Shown here: piece after piece, positions 24,887 to 39,949 of the stretch
How the letters are laid out: every line of letters begins with the position of its first letter
Position numbering within the stretch: position 1 is the first letter of the stretch
Assembly (NCBI RefSeq): GCF_009914755.1
Contig: NC_060934.1
DNA length: 64,000 nt
Direction: 5' to 3' (one strand)
Source: the human T2T-CHM13v2.0 reference genome, Homo sapiens
Notes under the pieces: generated by a model
Told to the model about the DNA's origin: nothing
Database searches by the model: none
Seen by the model: only the letters and a program-made list of their open reading frames with translations
Translations under genes and position numbers: made by a program

Positions 24887-27263
24887 TGGCCAAGTGCAGT
24901 GGCTCACACCTTTAATCCTAGCACTTTGGGAGACTGAGGCAGGAAGATCTTTTGAGGCCAGAAGTTCTACAGCAGCCTGGGCAACCATGTGAAGCTCCAT
25001 CTCTACGAAAAATAAAAATAAAATAAAAATTAGCCGACTGGTATGGCATGCATCTGTGGTCTCAGATACTTGGGGGGTTGATGCAGGAGGATTACCTGAG
25101 CCCAGGAGTTTGAGGGTGCAGTGAGCTGTGATCACTCCCCTGCCCTCCAGCCTGGGTGACAGAGCCAGACCCTGTCTCAGAAAAGAAAAACCAAACTTTT
25201 TTATTGGGGCTTGATATTACTTGGAATAAAGAAGCCACAACAATATCATCACTCTGTTATTATCTAGACTATCAGCATACTAGCGATATGAATCATAACA
25301 AAACTATAATACGATTTTATCTATAGAGTCACACATTGAAACAATTGGGAGTAACCTTATCAAAGGAAACAGATAACTGATAATGATCACACTTGTGAAT
25401 AATTTCACAAAGAATGTGGTGACTTCATTCACCAAGGATTTCTGGAATCCTGAATTCCAGGTCAGTGGTAAAGCCTCAGAGGACAGAGGGAGGAAAAGGA
25501 TTGAGTCATACCAAGGCATTTTTTAATTATTCCAAAGGTCATTCTCAAGTTAAAAAAATCACAACATCATTGTTATTATGATGGTATTCCTGAAAATCAA
25601 GAGATTCTAATTCACACAAGATATTCCATCATTTGACAGCTGTCACCAAGGGTAAAATTTTTTTTTAAATTATTCAGTTGAAATAATTAAAGTTTGGTTG
25701 AAAAAGTCAAGATGTTATATGGGGGTCAGTTCAGCCCTATATTTTCTAAGTACGTCAATCTGAAGTTTCAGGCACAAAGAATAGACATCCAAAGAAATTC
25801 AACTTGCAGCCAGGTGTGGTGGCTCACACCTGTCATTCCAGCAATTTGGGAGGCTGAGGTGGGAGGGTTGCTTGAGGCCAGGATTTTGAGACCAGCCTGG
25901 GCAACATATCCATTGATGCTGTCTTATCCCGGTGATGATCTGAGGGGAGCTAGCTGCAGTATTATAGAAAAATGACATCTTTAAAAAATGACTATCTTTC
26001 ATATGAGATCCTCAAAAATGCTCTATGGCCAAGAATTGTCTCTGTTCTCTATTGCTACTTGTCTGAAGATGTGCCTCTTCAGCTTTTACCCTTTAATCCA
26101 GAAAAGGCAAACCTTATCCCTGAGAAAGACCTTATATTCCTTTTCACTTACTCAAGAAAAAGAAGAAAATTTTTCTGTCCTCTGTCCAGGAAAAATGTAA
26201 CTGATCTTCAATGCAATTTGAGCTTTTCTCTGTTTCCAAGTAGATATTTTTTATTTGCCATCATTATGCCCCATTTATGGGTCTCATCATCTCAAATGTG
26301 AAATTTTCCACTGCTGGGCATCTGATCTCATTTTAACCTTCTCTCTTACCTTCTCTGGCCTTTGAAGAGTGACTAATGTACTAGGACTCCAAAATAACCA
26401 ACCTCGGAGAGTAGCTATCAAGTTATTTTTCTGAGGCTCGCAGGATCATTTAACATTACTATTACTGTGTTTCTGGAAGACATTTATAATTATGTTATAC
26501 TGTTTATAAAATGGTTAGCATTCTGGGAAACAAAGCTTTTAGCTTTCCATAATGAAAGCAGCTCTATTGAATAAGCATTGCAAAGTGGCAGAGAGCACCG
26601 TTCATAAATGAAGTTACTCTGCTTCTTTATTTGTCTGTGAAATGACAGAAGAAATAACCTCACCAGTTGACTGTAAGGACCACAGGACACGTTTAGAGCC
26701 CTTCTGGAAATGTGGGAGGTACTAAGTGTTAGCCGTGGTTCCCAGCCCTGGAATTCATCTCTCTAAGGCAGCTGTGTGGGGTAGAGAGAATACTGCACTT
26801 CTGAACACAGCATGTGAGTTTCAGTGCAAATCCTGGGTCTTCGCCACTGTTTTGGTAAGAATTTATTTCAGTGTCTTTGAATGCAAGTGTGGATTAACAT
26901 CACCTGCCTTAGCTATACAGCAGGGTAGCTGTGAGAATCATAACACAATAATGTAATATGAGGCCGGGCGTGGTGGCTCACGTGGTGGCTTACGCTGGGG
27001 CTGTAATCCCAGCACTTTGGGAGGCCGAGGCTGGCAGATCACCTGGGGCCAGGAGATTGAGACCAGCCCGGCCAACGTGGTGAAACTCTGTCTCTACTAA
27101 AAATACAAAAATTAGCCAGGCATGGTGGCACACGCCTGTAGTCTCAGCTACTTGGGAGGCTGACGCAGGAGAATCACTTGAACGTGGGAGGTTGCAGTGA
27201 GCCGAGATTGTGCCACTGCCCACCAGCCTGGGTGACAGAGCAAGACTGTGTCTCAACAAAAAA
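24887..27263 (+). mobile_element. Alus: ~24887-25192 (AluJ), ~25808-25908 (fragment), ~26962-27263 (AluS with a short 5' tandem duplication)
   Basis: Alu consensus matches. Confidence 0.87.
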
Positions 27264-27350
27264 GGAATGTATTATGAAAGTGGTGTGTAAAATGAAACTC
27301 TTTAGGGAGTTATTATTATACTTTGTCTTTTACAGTTGGTTCCCTGGTTT

Positions 27351-28071
27351 TGAACCTGCCTTGGCAAAAACTATAACAGGAAATGATGACAGTGAAAGAG
27401 ATCTGATCCAACCAACCCCCATTTTGCTTTTAGCTTCCAAGCTGCCCATAGTTATTCCTGGGTTTGGGCCAAGCTAACTTTGGGAGAGACTTAGTTTACA
27501 GTTTCAATGATAACAGCCCTTTCCCCAAACTAAAGCACCTTTGTAAAGCTAATGAAAGACAATCAGGTTAGGAGACTGATAGGAAGCTGAGTTCTGCTAG
27601 GGTGTAGACAGAAATGGTTACCAGCCATTGTTCCGGAGGCCACAAGATGTACAACTTCCCCAATCACTCCTGCAAATAGCATCATATCATAGAATTTAAG
27701 ATTGCCCTTTTGAGATGCCTTTTTCAGGTTTTTGCATTTCTGATGACTGACCAATGGCTTCACCTGGACCCACCAACCAGTCCTGGGGCCACACCCAGAA
27801 GCAGACTCAGTGCTCACAATGACCATTCCCCACACCCCTATGATTGCACCCCCAACCAATCAGCAGCACCCGTTCCCTTGATTGCCAAACTATCCTTGAA
27901 AAATCCTAGCCTCCAAATTTTCAGGGAGGCTGATATGAATAATGATAAAACCCTGGTTTCCCATTCAGCCAGCTCTATGTGGGTAAAACTCTTCCTCCAT
28001 TACAATTCCCCTGCCTTGATAAATTGGCTGCATCTGGGCAGCAGGCAAGAAGAACCCACTGAGAGGTTACA
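27351..28071 (+). mobile_element. LTR8-family (ERV1; LTR8A/B-like) solo LTR with 4-bp TSD GTTT
   Basis: TG...CA ends and LTR8-type text (gacagtgaaagagatctgatc...gagaggttaca). GTTT at 27347-27350 and 28072-28075. Confidence 0.85.
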
Positions 28072-28087
28072 GTTTCATTCCTCAGGT

Positions 28088-28398
28088 CTATTAATCAGGT
28101 TTTCCAGAGAAACAGAACCAATTGGTGTGTATATAAAAGAAGATTAGGAGGAATGGGCTTACAAGATGATGGTGTTTGCGAAGTCCCACGATCTGCCATT
28201 TGCAAACTGAGACCCAAGAAAGCTGGTGGTGTAACTCAGGCTGAAGGCCTGAGAACCAGGGGGCCAATGGGGCTAAGTCCCAGTCCAAGGGCAAAAAAAG
28301 ATGAGATGAGATCACCCAGCTCAACAGTGAGGCAGAAAAACAAAAGGAGGCGAACTCCTGTCTCTCTGTTTTGTTCCATTCGGGCCCTCAATGGATAG
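28088..28398 (-). mobile_element. MLT2 (ERVL) LTR fragment
   Basis: ttttccagagaaacagaaccaat... and gaaggcctgagaaccagg text. Confidence 0.72.
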
Positions 28399-28501
28399 CA
28401 TTTAAAAGACAGAAACCCCTAAATTATGAATTTCAGAGATTATATAGGAACTACATCATAGCTGCCCCCATCCCTTCTAGAGACTTGGAGAGAAACCCTA
28501 A

Positions 28502-28835
<334 letters not shown>

Positions 28836-29015
28836 TAATGGAAACAAATTGTCATAGGGAAGAGAATGGGAAGGCCCTATGTGTTACAGCGAATGCCAGT
28901 GCAGATCAATGAATGCAAAGGCACAGCTCCAAGAGAGATAAACCCGCAAATCTCTCCAGAGTAATTCACGATCTGTTTTCCAAAATGATTAATATTCCCT
29001 CATCCTTTAATCCAG

Positions 29016-29824
29016 TGTTAAATTAAGTTTAGCCTAAAGCGGCCTCCTTGTAAATTTGGCCTAAAGGTTTCTCCCACATAGGGAACTATAACGGGATGTA
29101 CAAACAGACTGGTAACTGCCCTTACCAATCACCGAGTTCTGGCCAATCAAAGGGGCCAACTGTTTAAACTGCCTTCAAGTGAGAGAAATGGTAAGCAGTA
29201 GGCAATTTGGCTATCTCTGGACCTCACGTCACTTTCCTTTGCCTCTGACATGGTGGCAGTGCCGGAGTCTCCCTCAGCCTATTCTGGTTCAGGCAGTAGG
29301 GTAGGAGCACCTGGCACTGATAACTTGACCGTACTCTGAGAATGACCCTGTAGGGCGGGCACACCTGAATGTGTATTCAGAGTTCCATGCTAGGGAATCT
29401 GGGAGTAGCCCACCCCGAGATCCATTCCTTTTCTATGAAAAACATTTGATCCCCCACCCTGGCCCATGGAACACAGGTCGTACAGGGGATTGAGACCCTT
29501 TGTTTTGGGTTAAATGAAGGTTGCCAGGTGGAATTTGTTAGAGGGAGGGTGTAAAATGAAAATGCTATCTAAACTGCATGCATTTTGCAAGGATTTGCAG
29601 TTTTCCTGCTTGGCCCACTGCCACTGGACTCTCTCCCCTGTATGTAAGCCCCCAATAAAACCCACGTCTCCTTCGCTGGTGCGGGATCTCGTCTTTGGCC
29701 TCTTGTACCTGGTGCCATCCCTACTGAGATTAATAGGGGTCTGGCATGACAAAGGGGGCTGCCCGATTCGAGAATTGTTCTTTGCTCAATTAAACTGTTA
29801 CATTTGTCTAGAGTTTTTAATACT
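29016..29824 (+). mobile_element. MER57-like ERV1 LTR with a second ERV1 LTR (LTR10-like, ~29295-29750) nested inside
   Basis: Starts tgttaaattaagtttagcctaaagc. The MER57 text ...ctattctggttcagg / gggggctgcccgattcg... is split by ~455 bp that has its own AATAAA and a ...ggcatgaca end. Inner subfamily name is uncertain. Confidence 0.7.
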
Positions 29825-29889
29825 AGGTTGCCAGTAACTTTTGCTCAGGAAACTGAGCTACACAGAAACATGAAAACATTCATGTTGTT

Positions 29890-30185
<296 letters not shown>

Positions 30186-30811
30186 ATTCATATTGTTTCC
30201 TGACAGCAAGTGGAGTCAAAAGAACTTGCCTGGATTTGGGGGTGAGGTTGACAGATGTTTGTAGGGTGACCCTGAGGTTTCTGGCCAAGGAAACTATATG
30301 GTGAGGCCATTTATTGGGATAGTACATAGGCAAAAACTAGGAGAACTGGTTTCCCTGATTTGCGGAGGAGTAGGGAATTCACGGGACAACATGAAGATAA
30401 TAAATAGAGTTTTAGGTGCTTGAGGATGCTCAGTCTGCAGTTTGAACTCAGTGGCAGGCCTGGGATGCAGATACGGACGTGGGAGTCCCAAACAGGCAGT
30501 GATGTGAAATTGCTCGGGCAAGATGGCAGGAATAACCTGGACCTTGGGAAGAGGACGGACGGTAGAGCCAAGACATGTTGACACAGTGTGTCCACCTTCG
30601 GTTTTTCAACAGGCCATTGTGAACAGGAAGAGAGAAATCTGTTAGGCACTGCTGCCCAACTTGACATGCTATTTCACATAAATGCTTCCCCAACTGCAAA
30701 TCTGGGGTATAGCTGTTAATCGACCCCAGAAACAAAGAGAAAAGTGAATAATTCCCTGAGGTACCCAATGGAAGGTGCTACCAGGCTGTAAAGTAGCTTC
30801 AATGTTTCTAA

Positions 30812-31390
30812 AGCAGTGGTCTACAAGCCTGTGTATGAGAATCAGCTAGGGAGAGTTTTTGTTTGTTTGTTTTGTTTTTAAACCAGTTTCACCTACAGAG
30901 ATCCTAATTCAATCAGTCTGTGGTGGGGCCCAAATGCTTTAATATTTTTTTTCCAGCTCCCAGGGGATGCTAACATGTATCCATGGTTTGGATCCGTGTC
31001 CCCGCCAAATCTCATGTTGAAATGTGATCCCCAGTGTTGGAGGTGGGCCTGGTGGGAGGGGCTTGGATCACAGGGGTACCTCTCATGAATGGCTTGGTGC
31101 TGTTCCCTTGCTGATGAGTGAGTCCACGTGAGATCTGGTTTAAAACTATGGCACCTCTCTTGCTCCCACTCTGGCCATGTGTGATGCCTGCTCCTGCTCT
31201 GCCTTCTGCCATGATTGTAAACTCCCTGAGGCCTCCCCAAGTAGATGCTGGTGCCATGCTTCCTGTACAGCCTGCAGAACCATAGCCAGTTAAACCTGTT
31301 TTCTTTATAAATCACCCAGCCTCAGGTATTCCTTTACAGCAACACAGGAATGGCCTAACACCCCAGGTTTGAGCAACACTGTTCTATAGT
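30812..31390. mobile_element. MER5-like hAT element interrupted by an MST LTR (~30980-31361, +)
   Basis: MER5-type text (gcagtggtct...gaatcagctagggag...); MST text atggtttggatccgtgtcccc...ggcctaaca. Confidence 0.72.
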
Positions 31391-31675
31391 TACATGCACA
31401 TTATCTTATTACCATAGAGCAACTCAATTCAAGAATTCAAGAACGGCTGCCATGTTTTACAGAGGTATTGCTTTCAGTAGCAAATTATGGTGATTGGGGA
31501 CTTACCCTAACATTATTGCCTTGTAGACAGTGTCCTAACACATGTTTCCAGACAAATCTTTAAGAAGGCTGCACCTTCACAGAGCTCACTGGCTATCTTC
31601 AGACACCAGGCAAAACATCCCCTTTGAGCAAAGGAGATATTACTCAGCTGAAGCTTGCAGAAAGCAGTACGATGG

Positions 31676-32480
31676 GGCCGGGCACCATGGCTCACGCCTG
31701 TAATCCCAGCACTTTGGGAGACCGAGGTGGGCAGATTACTTGAGGCCAGGAGTTCGAGACTTGCCTGGCCAACATGGTTGTATTAGGGTTCTCTAGAGGG
31801 ATATAACTAATGGAATATATATATTATATATAATAATATATATATATACACACACACACATGCACATACATATATACACACATATGTATATATAAAGGGG
31901 AGTTTATTATTAACTCACATGATCATAAGGTCCCACAATAGGCCGTCTGCAGTCTGAGGAGCAAGGAGAGCCAGTCCGAGTTCCAAAACTGAAGAACTTG
32001 GAGCCTGATGTTCGAGGGCAGGAAGCATCCAGCACGGGAGAAAGATGGAGGCTGGGAGGCTAGGACAGTCTCTGTTTTCACATTTTTCTGCCTGCTTTGT
32101 ATTCTAGCTGTGCTGGCAGCTGATTAGGTGGTGACCACCCAGATTAAGAGTGGGTCTGCCTCTCCCAGCCCACTGACTCAAATGTTAATCTCCTTTGGCA
32201 ACACCCTCACAGACACGCCCAGGATCAATACTTTGTATCCTTCAATCCAATCAAATTGACATTCAGTAGTAACTATCAAAATGGTGAAACCCCATCTCTA
32301 CTAAAAACACAAAAGTTAGCCATGGTAGTACATGCCTGTAGTCCCAGTTACTAGGGAGGCAGAGGCAGGAGAACTACTTGAACCCAGGAGGCAGAGGTTT
32401 CAGTGAGCCAAGGTAGCGCCACTGCACTCCAGCCTGGGTGAAAGAGTAAGACTCTGTCTCAAAAAAACAAACAAACAAAA
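31676..32480 (+). mobile_element. AluS split by an MLT2A LTR
   Basis: Alu text stops at ...ggccaacatggt (31778) and resumes at atggtgaaacccc (32281). Confidence 0.9.
31779..32280 (-). mobile_element. MLT2A1/MLT2A2-like (ERVL) solo LTR with 5-bp TSD ATGGT and an internal (TA)n/(CA)n tract
   Basis: Ends match MLT2A consensus (...ctctagagaaccctaataca; ...gtcaatttgattggattgaagg). ATGGT at 31774-31778 and 32281-32285. Confidence 0.9.
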
Positions 32481-33822
32481 GTAATAGAATGGGGAAAAAG
32501 AGATGCCACTGTTTTGTCTACCATTTTCCTTAAAAAGTAGCTGAGAAGCAGCTGATATAGCCCCAAAATGACCATTGTCACACTAGAGCAACAAGATTAG
32601 GGAACTGTAAGATACTAGTAATAGTTCAGAGAAATAAACTGTTTTTGTAATTTACAACTTACAAAAACTTTGATATGTATTGTCTCACTTGAATTCAACT
32701 CACCCAGAGGTGAGGAGAGCAAATACCCCCAACCTCTTGCTAAAGCATCAGAAGTGAGTCACCTGTCTGTTGGTCAGAGCCAGGCCTGACACCCAGAGCT
32801 TCTTCTCCAAATCCTAGATTTTAATAATTAGCATGGTTTACTTATGCCTTAGACCCTCATTATGGAGTGCTGAATGCATACTGTAGACAGATAGCAGAGG
32901 GTGCCAGTGAGGTGAGATGGGGCAGCAGCATGCAGAGGTGGCTGCACACTGGGCCGAGTGTCAGGAGATGAGGCCCACCTCTGTGTGGTCACCCATTGCA
33001 TATGTGGAAAGGTCAACACAACACTTGTGACTTCAGCCTTCAATTTCCTCTGCTGTGAGACCACCAAGCCTCTTTCAGGTTCTTCTATTCCTGCCCATCC
33101 TGTTAAGGTGCAAAAGCCTAGCAATGCGAGAATTATGAGCCACTTTGAAGGTACCAAAATACCAACCTGAAACAACTCACAATGGCTGCGAAGAATGGAA
33201 AAAACATTTGCCAGGTATTTTAGTGTATATTTACAATTACAGCTTTGAAAATCATTTTTTTTTTTTGGCGGGGAGGAGAAGACTTGCAATTTCTATTTCG
33301 CCTGGAGTTTAGCTGGCTTTCTCCCTGATCTATGAGAGCAACTGCCTTTCTCCTTGTCACTGCCTTCTCCTGTTTGAAGGACCATGACAACCATCATGCC
33401 CTTTTCAAGTTCTCTGTGATGTCATAAAAGTCCCCAAGACATAATTGCAACTTGCTTTAACTATGGTGTCAATGCAGCAAACAAGAAATTGTGGAATATC
33501 AATATGGTTGAAAAATCACCCCCCATTTCTAACTTTACTCATTTTTATGAGGTCCTCTAGGTCTAAACACCTGCATAAGCGATGTCTGTGAGAGGGTGAA
33601 CACAAGAAATCACACTGAGTTTGTCATGCTTGTGGCCTACGTACCATTCTGTGGCTTTCTGGTTTCCTTCCTTTTTGGTTCTGGTTTCATTTTCTTGGGT
33701 GCGATGCCTCTTTGTTTTTGCATTTGTCTGTGCTAGTTTATCCTAAATAAAGTTCCAAATGCACAGGGTCACTATCACTTAAATGATGTTGTGTATCCCC
33801 TGGCAGAGCTTAGGGCACACAC

Positions 33823-34443
<621 letters not shown>

Positions 34444-34475
34444 CCATACACTTTGATAAATTCCTCCCAAGTCCT

Positions 34476-34896
<421 letters not shown>

Positions 34897-35239
34897 TTAC
34901 CACCAAAGCCTGGTGAACAATTTCACCTGGACTTTTCTGTGCTAATTAGGGGTTTCCAACTGAAGCCTCAAAAAGTTAAAGAAATCTTAATGAAATAAAC
35001 GTTATGATTTGGAGCTCTCATTGCTAACATAGAAGGCCATTTAGAATACAGTATCTAGTAAGAGAAGGAGACTGAGCACGGAGTGGGCATCCTTGTGTAG
35101 AAGTATTTATTTGGGTAAAGCACAAAATGTCAGCTATAGTTGTGTCTGGATGGTAGTTTTTGGTGACCGTGATTTTTAAATTCTTTTTATATTTGTACTT
35201 TCTAATTTTTCAAAGAATGATGAGTGTAATGTATAAAAT

Positions 35240-35776
<537 letters not shown>

Positions 35777-35984
35777 TCAGGTAGACCTTGGTTCGTGCAT
35801 GGTTTGTTCCCTTCTAGTGGGCGGCATGCTGGAGTGGACTTAGGAGTGATGATCTACAATTTCAGGGATTTTGCAGGTCAGTTACTAGACGCAGTCATTT
35901 TTAAAAATTAAATATTACAAGTTTACAATTAAATATACCAAAACAAAGGTAATTACTTAAAACTCATTTCCCATTTACTTGAGC

Positions 35985-36763
35985 CTATTAATGATTATCC
36001 GCAGTAGTTATGTTCTATAAAGTTGCCGCGAACACTGAACTAGTGAGTGCAATACTAGAACCCTTGCTTCTGGGGGAACTACAGAAAAAGGTATTTCCTG
36101 TGAAGGTTTAGTCCAGGCCTACAGCTCTCCAGAGCTATGCTGGAAAGGTGGGGGCCTCCTGAAATCCTCTGGACACAATATTTCCATCAGCTGCTCAACA
36201 TATAACCTTGTTTTATACCTTTCCGTTTAAAGACGTCTCATTTAATATATATAGTTGGTTCATGAACATTGCACTCACAGCCAACAGCACTACAACTCAC
36301 GCTCAGTAACACATGATTTCTCTGTAAGGCAAATCCCGGCTTTCCCACGCTTAGGAACGCTAGCCAGCACTTAAGCACTGTATTTGGAGGCCATTTTAAA
36401 CAGTGAGGTCACCAAGCAAAAGCACAGAAATCTAGAAAATGAAGCACAGCATAGACTGTGAAAGGGACACCTATTTACAGCATGACAGCTGAACAAGAAG
36501 GCAAAGCGTTGCCATGTTTGACCGCAGCTGAAAACGTGCGTGTGGGGCAACGAATCCTTCATCCCTCTACACATCCCCTTAAATGACCACGAAAACACAG
36601 TGAGTATTGATTTTGGTGCTGCAAAATACACAGTTGATCCTCGGTATGCATGGATTCCATCTTTGCGAATTTCTACTTGCTAGTTATAGCTTAGTTTTTG
36701 CTTGCTAAAACTAGCAAGTAGAAATTCGCAAAGATGGAATCCATGCATACCGAGGATCAACTG
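35985..36763 (+). mobile_element. MER82-like (Tigger group) DNA transposon with an internal inverted duplication of its 3' end
   Basis: gcagtagttatgttctataaagttgccgcgaacactgaa... start; ...gaaattcgcaaagatggaatcc...gaggatcaactg end. Confidence 0.7.
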
Positions 36764-36771
36764 TGTATTTT
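36623..36771. repeat. Perfect inverted repeat, 63-bp arms, 23-bp spacer
   Basis: 36623-36685 is the exact reverse complement of 36709-36771 (checked base by base). Confidence 0.95.
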
Positions 36772-37173
36772 ATTATCTGAGGTTATTTCCCTGCCTTGTA
36801 TCTGTTTAGTGGAAATAGAACTGTGCTACCATGGATCTCTTCCCACCTCTTGTGTGCAGTGACTCAGGTCACCCTAGTTACTTGTAATTGACCACAGTGG
36901 GAGGATTTACACTATGGAAATTGGCAAATGCTACAATCGGGGCTTGGTTTGTTGATTTTCTCCATCACTTTCTTAAACCTAGACAATGTTAGTGATGCAG
37001 ATTCACCTTAAAACTGTATCATACCTGGAGCCATTATACTTCAAATAATACAAAAAGTTGAGGAAATGTTCCAGTATTCAAAAACTGCTGAATACTGATT
37101 CAGCAAAGTAGTCACTCCATGATTGATGAACAAATGACATTCTGAGGGGGTTTCAATGTCACCTTAATCATTA

Positions 37174-37476
<303 letters not shown>

Positions 37477-37581
37477 TCAAAAAAAAAAAAAAAAAAAAAA
37501 AAAAGACAAAATCATGTCAGAGCTACACTCTTGTCAATCGTAACAAGACTGGCTATGACAAAATCTATGAAAGCATTGTGA

Positions 37582-37959
<378 letters not shown>

Positions 37960-38335
37960 TAAGTTCTGTCCTATGCATCCTTTATCAGGGACGTTTATAA
38001 TTTAAGTGCATTCATTTCCAGAGAGCTGGCTGTTTAAGCCGTGCACCACTGTTTCTAGCTGGGTGACCTCAATTACTTAACCACTAAGCCTCAACTTCAG
38101 TGCAAAACAAAGAAGAATAAACATTCCTTCCTTGAAAGATTTTGAGGATTGAATGCAATGATTGTTTCCAATACATTGTTTCCAGGTAGAGACTCCAGGA
38201 ACCTCAGTCCCCTTCTCTCCACCCACCTCACCTTGGGGAGAGACCCAGTGGCAGATTCACCCCTGTGCACGCCCACCCCTACTTTCCCAGAGTGGCCCTG
38301 TGTGTCTGGACTAAACCGTTACAGGTGGGGAAAAC

Positions 38336-38354
38336 TCACCACTAGGGGGCGGGA
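38336..38354 (+). promoter_or_regulatory. Candidate CTCF binding site TCACCACTAGGGGGCGGGA
   Basis: Close match to the CTCF core consensus CCAC(C/T)AGGGGGCG. Motif only; no binding data. Confidence 0.55.
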
Positions 38355-39637
38355 GCAAGATGCCTTTGATGGCTGTCGTCCTTCAGACCACGTAACTGAT
38401 TTGGAATACTGTGACATATTCACCCTTCCACCCTCCGTGGGGAGAGAGAGGATAAATGTGTAAAGTCTGTGGCCACGGTGCTGCATTCAGAGAATCCCAC
38501 TCTAGTGATCAGCGTTGGCATCCTGAGAAAATGAGAACCACTGAGCCCCAGTTAGGACAACTGTTAAAATGTGATAAAAATCTTCAGCCGACCCAGTTGC
38601 CCTTCTGCAAACCCACCTGCTTGTTGTCCTCGGCACACGGCATGCTGTGACTGCTGCTGGCTGCTTAATACATCGGGGCCCATCCAGGTGAGTCTCACCT
38701 AAGGAGGAGTCAGCAAAGCAGCCTTCTCCACCCCCATCTTCCTGCCACATCTCTCAGGATCAGCGCTTACAGTTAATGTGCTACCCGACTTTCCCAGGTA
38801 ACATGCATTAAATGAGGCTCTTCTAGAAACTGACGTTTTAAGGAGGTGATTCCATTGGCGGCAACCTTAGAGCCGCAAAGGACTGGGGTCAATGACAGCA
38901 GAGAGGTCTTCCGGGACTTCCTCCCTCGTCCCTCCTCATCTAGGTCTGGCCCTGGATTTTCCTGGAGGAGCAACTTCCTTATTCTTTTCAGGGGAGCTGA
39001 CCAACGCCTTCTCCCTGGAGTCTTAGCCAGGTCTGCAAGGATGCCCCTGCCACTTACTGGTGAGATGTCCACTCCCGCGCAAAGGGCGTCTCACTCCTTA
39101 GGCCCCCAGGCTCCCATCTGGCTAGCTGTCCCACTGTCAAGGACTTGCTCAACTATTTTCCCCCTTAAAAGCCAAACAGGCAACACCACCACTTGAGAAT
39201 GAAAATCATCAAAACCACTGTGATTAGTTCTTTGCCTGCATGGAATTCACAAATACTGATTTTGTTGACTGTAAACATAGCTGGCTTAATTTATTTCTGC
39301 CAGTTATGTCCCAACACCTCCATTAATGATTTTATTTTGATGAATAGTTTTATACATCTGGGAGGATTCTGGTCATTCTAATGATATCTTCTTGAAGCTC
39401 TTCCAAGATGGATCAATACTGACCATAAAACATCAGATTCTTGTTAAGTGCAGACATCCCTCTTTACCTGAAACACATCAAAATGTTATTTGGTGTTCTT
39501 GAACAAAACTACAGACAAAGGTGGATTTTTATAGATTTTAACCCTAGAGGAAATTCCTAGGTGTCTAGGTGGTGGGTCTCCAAATACAAGTCTGACAACT
39601 GCGTTGCAGACTGCCACCAAGGAAACAATGACAAAGA

Positions 39638-39882
39638 CTTTTTTTTTTTTTTTTTTTTGAGACAGGATCTGCTCTCTTACCCAGGTTGGAGTGCAGCAGT
39701 ACCATCCTCCCACCTCAGCCTCTCAAGTAGTGGGGACTACAGGCATGAGCCACTATAACCAGGTAATTAAAAAAATTTTTTTCACAGAGATGGGCTGAAG
39801 TGATCCTGAGCTCAAGTGATCCTCCTCCTTTGGCCTCCCAAAGTAGTGCTGGGATTACAGGTGTGAGTCACCATGCTTGGCC
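39638..39882 (-). mobile_element. AluJ with internal deletions
   Basis: Reverse Alu consensus. Confidence 0.82.
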
Positions 39883-39949
39883 TGACAAAGTCTTAATAAC
39901 AACTTTGAAACAGATAATGACTCAGAATGAATTCAAATGACCACAAAGA

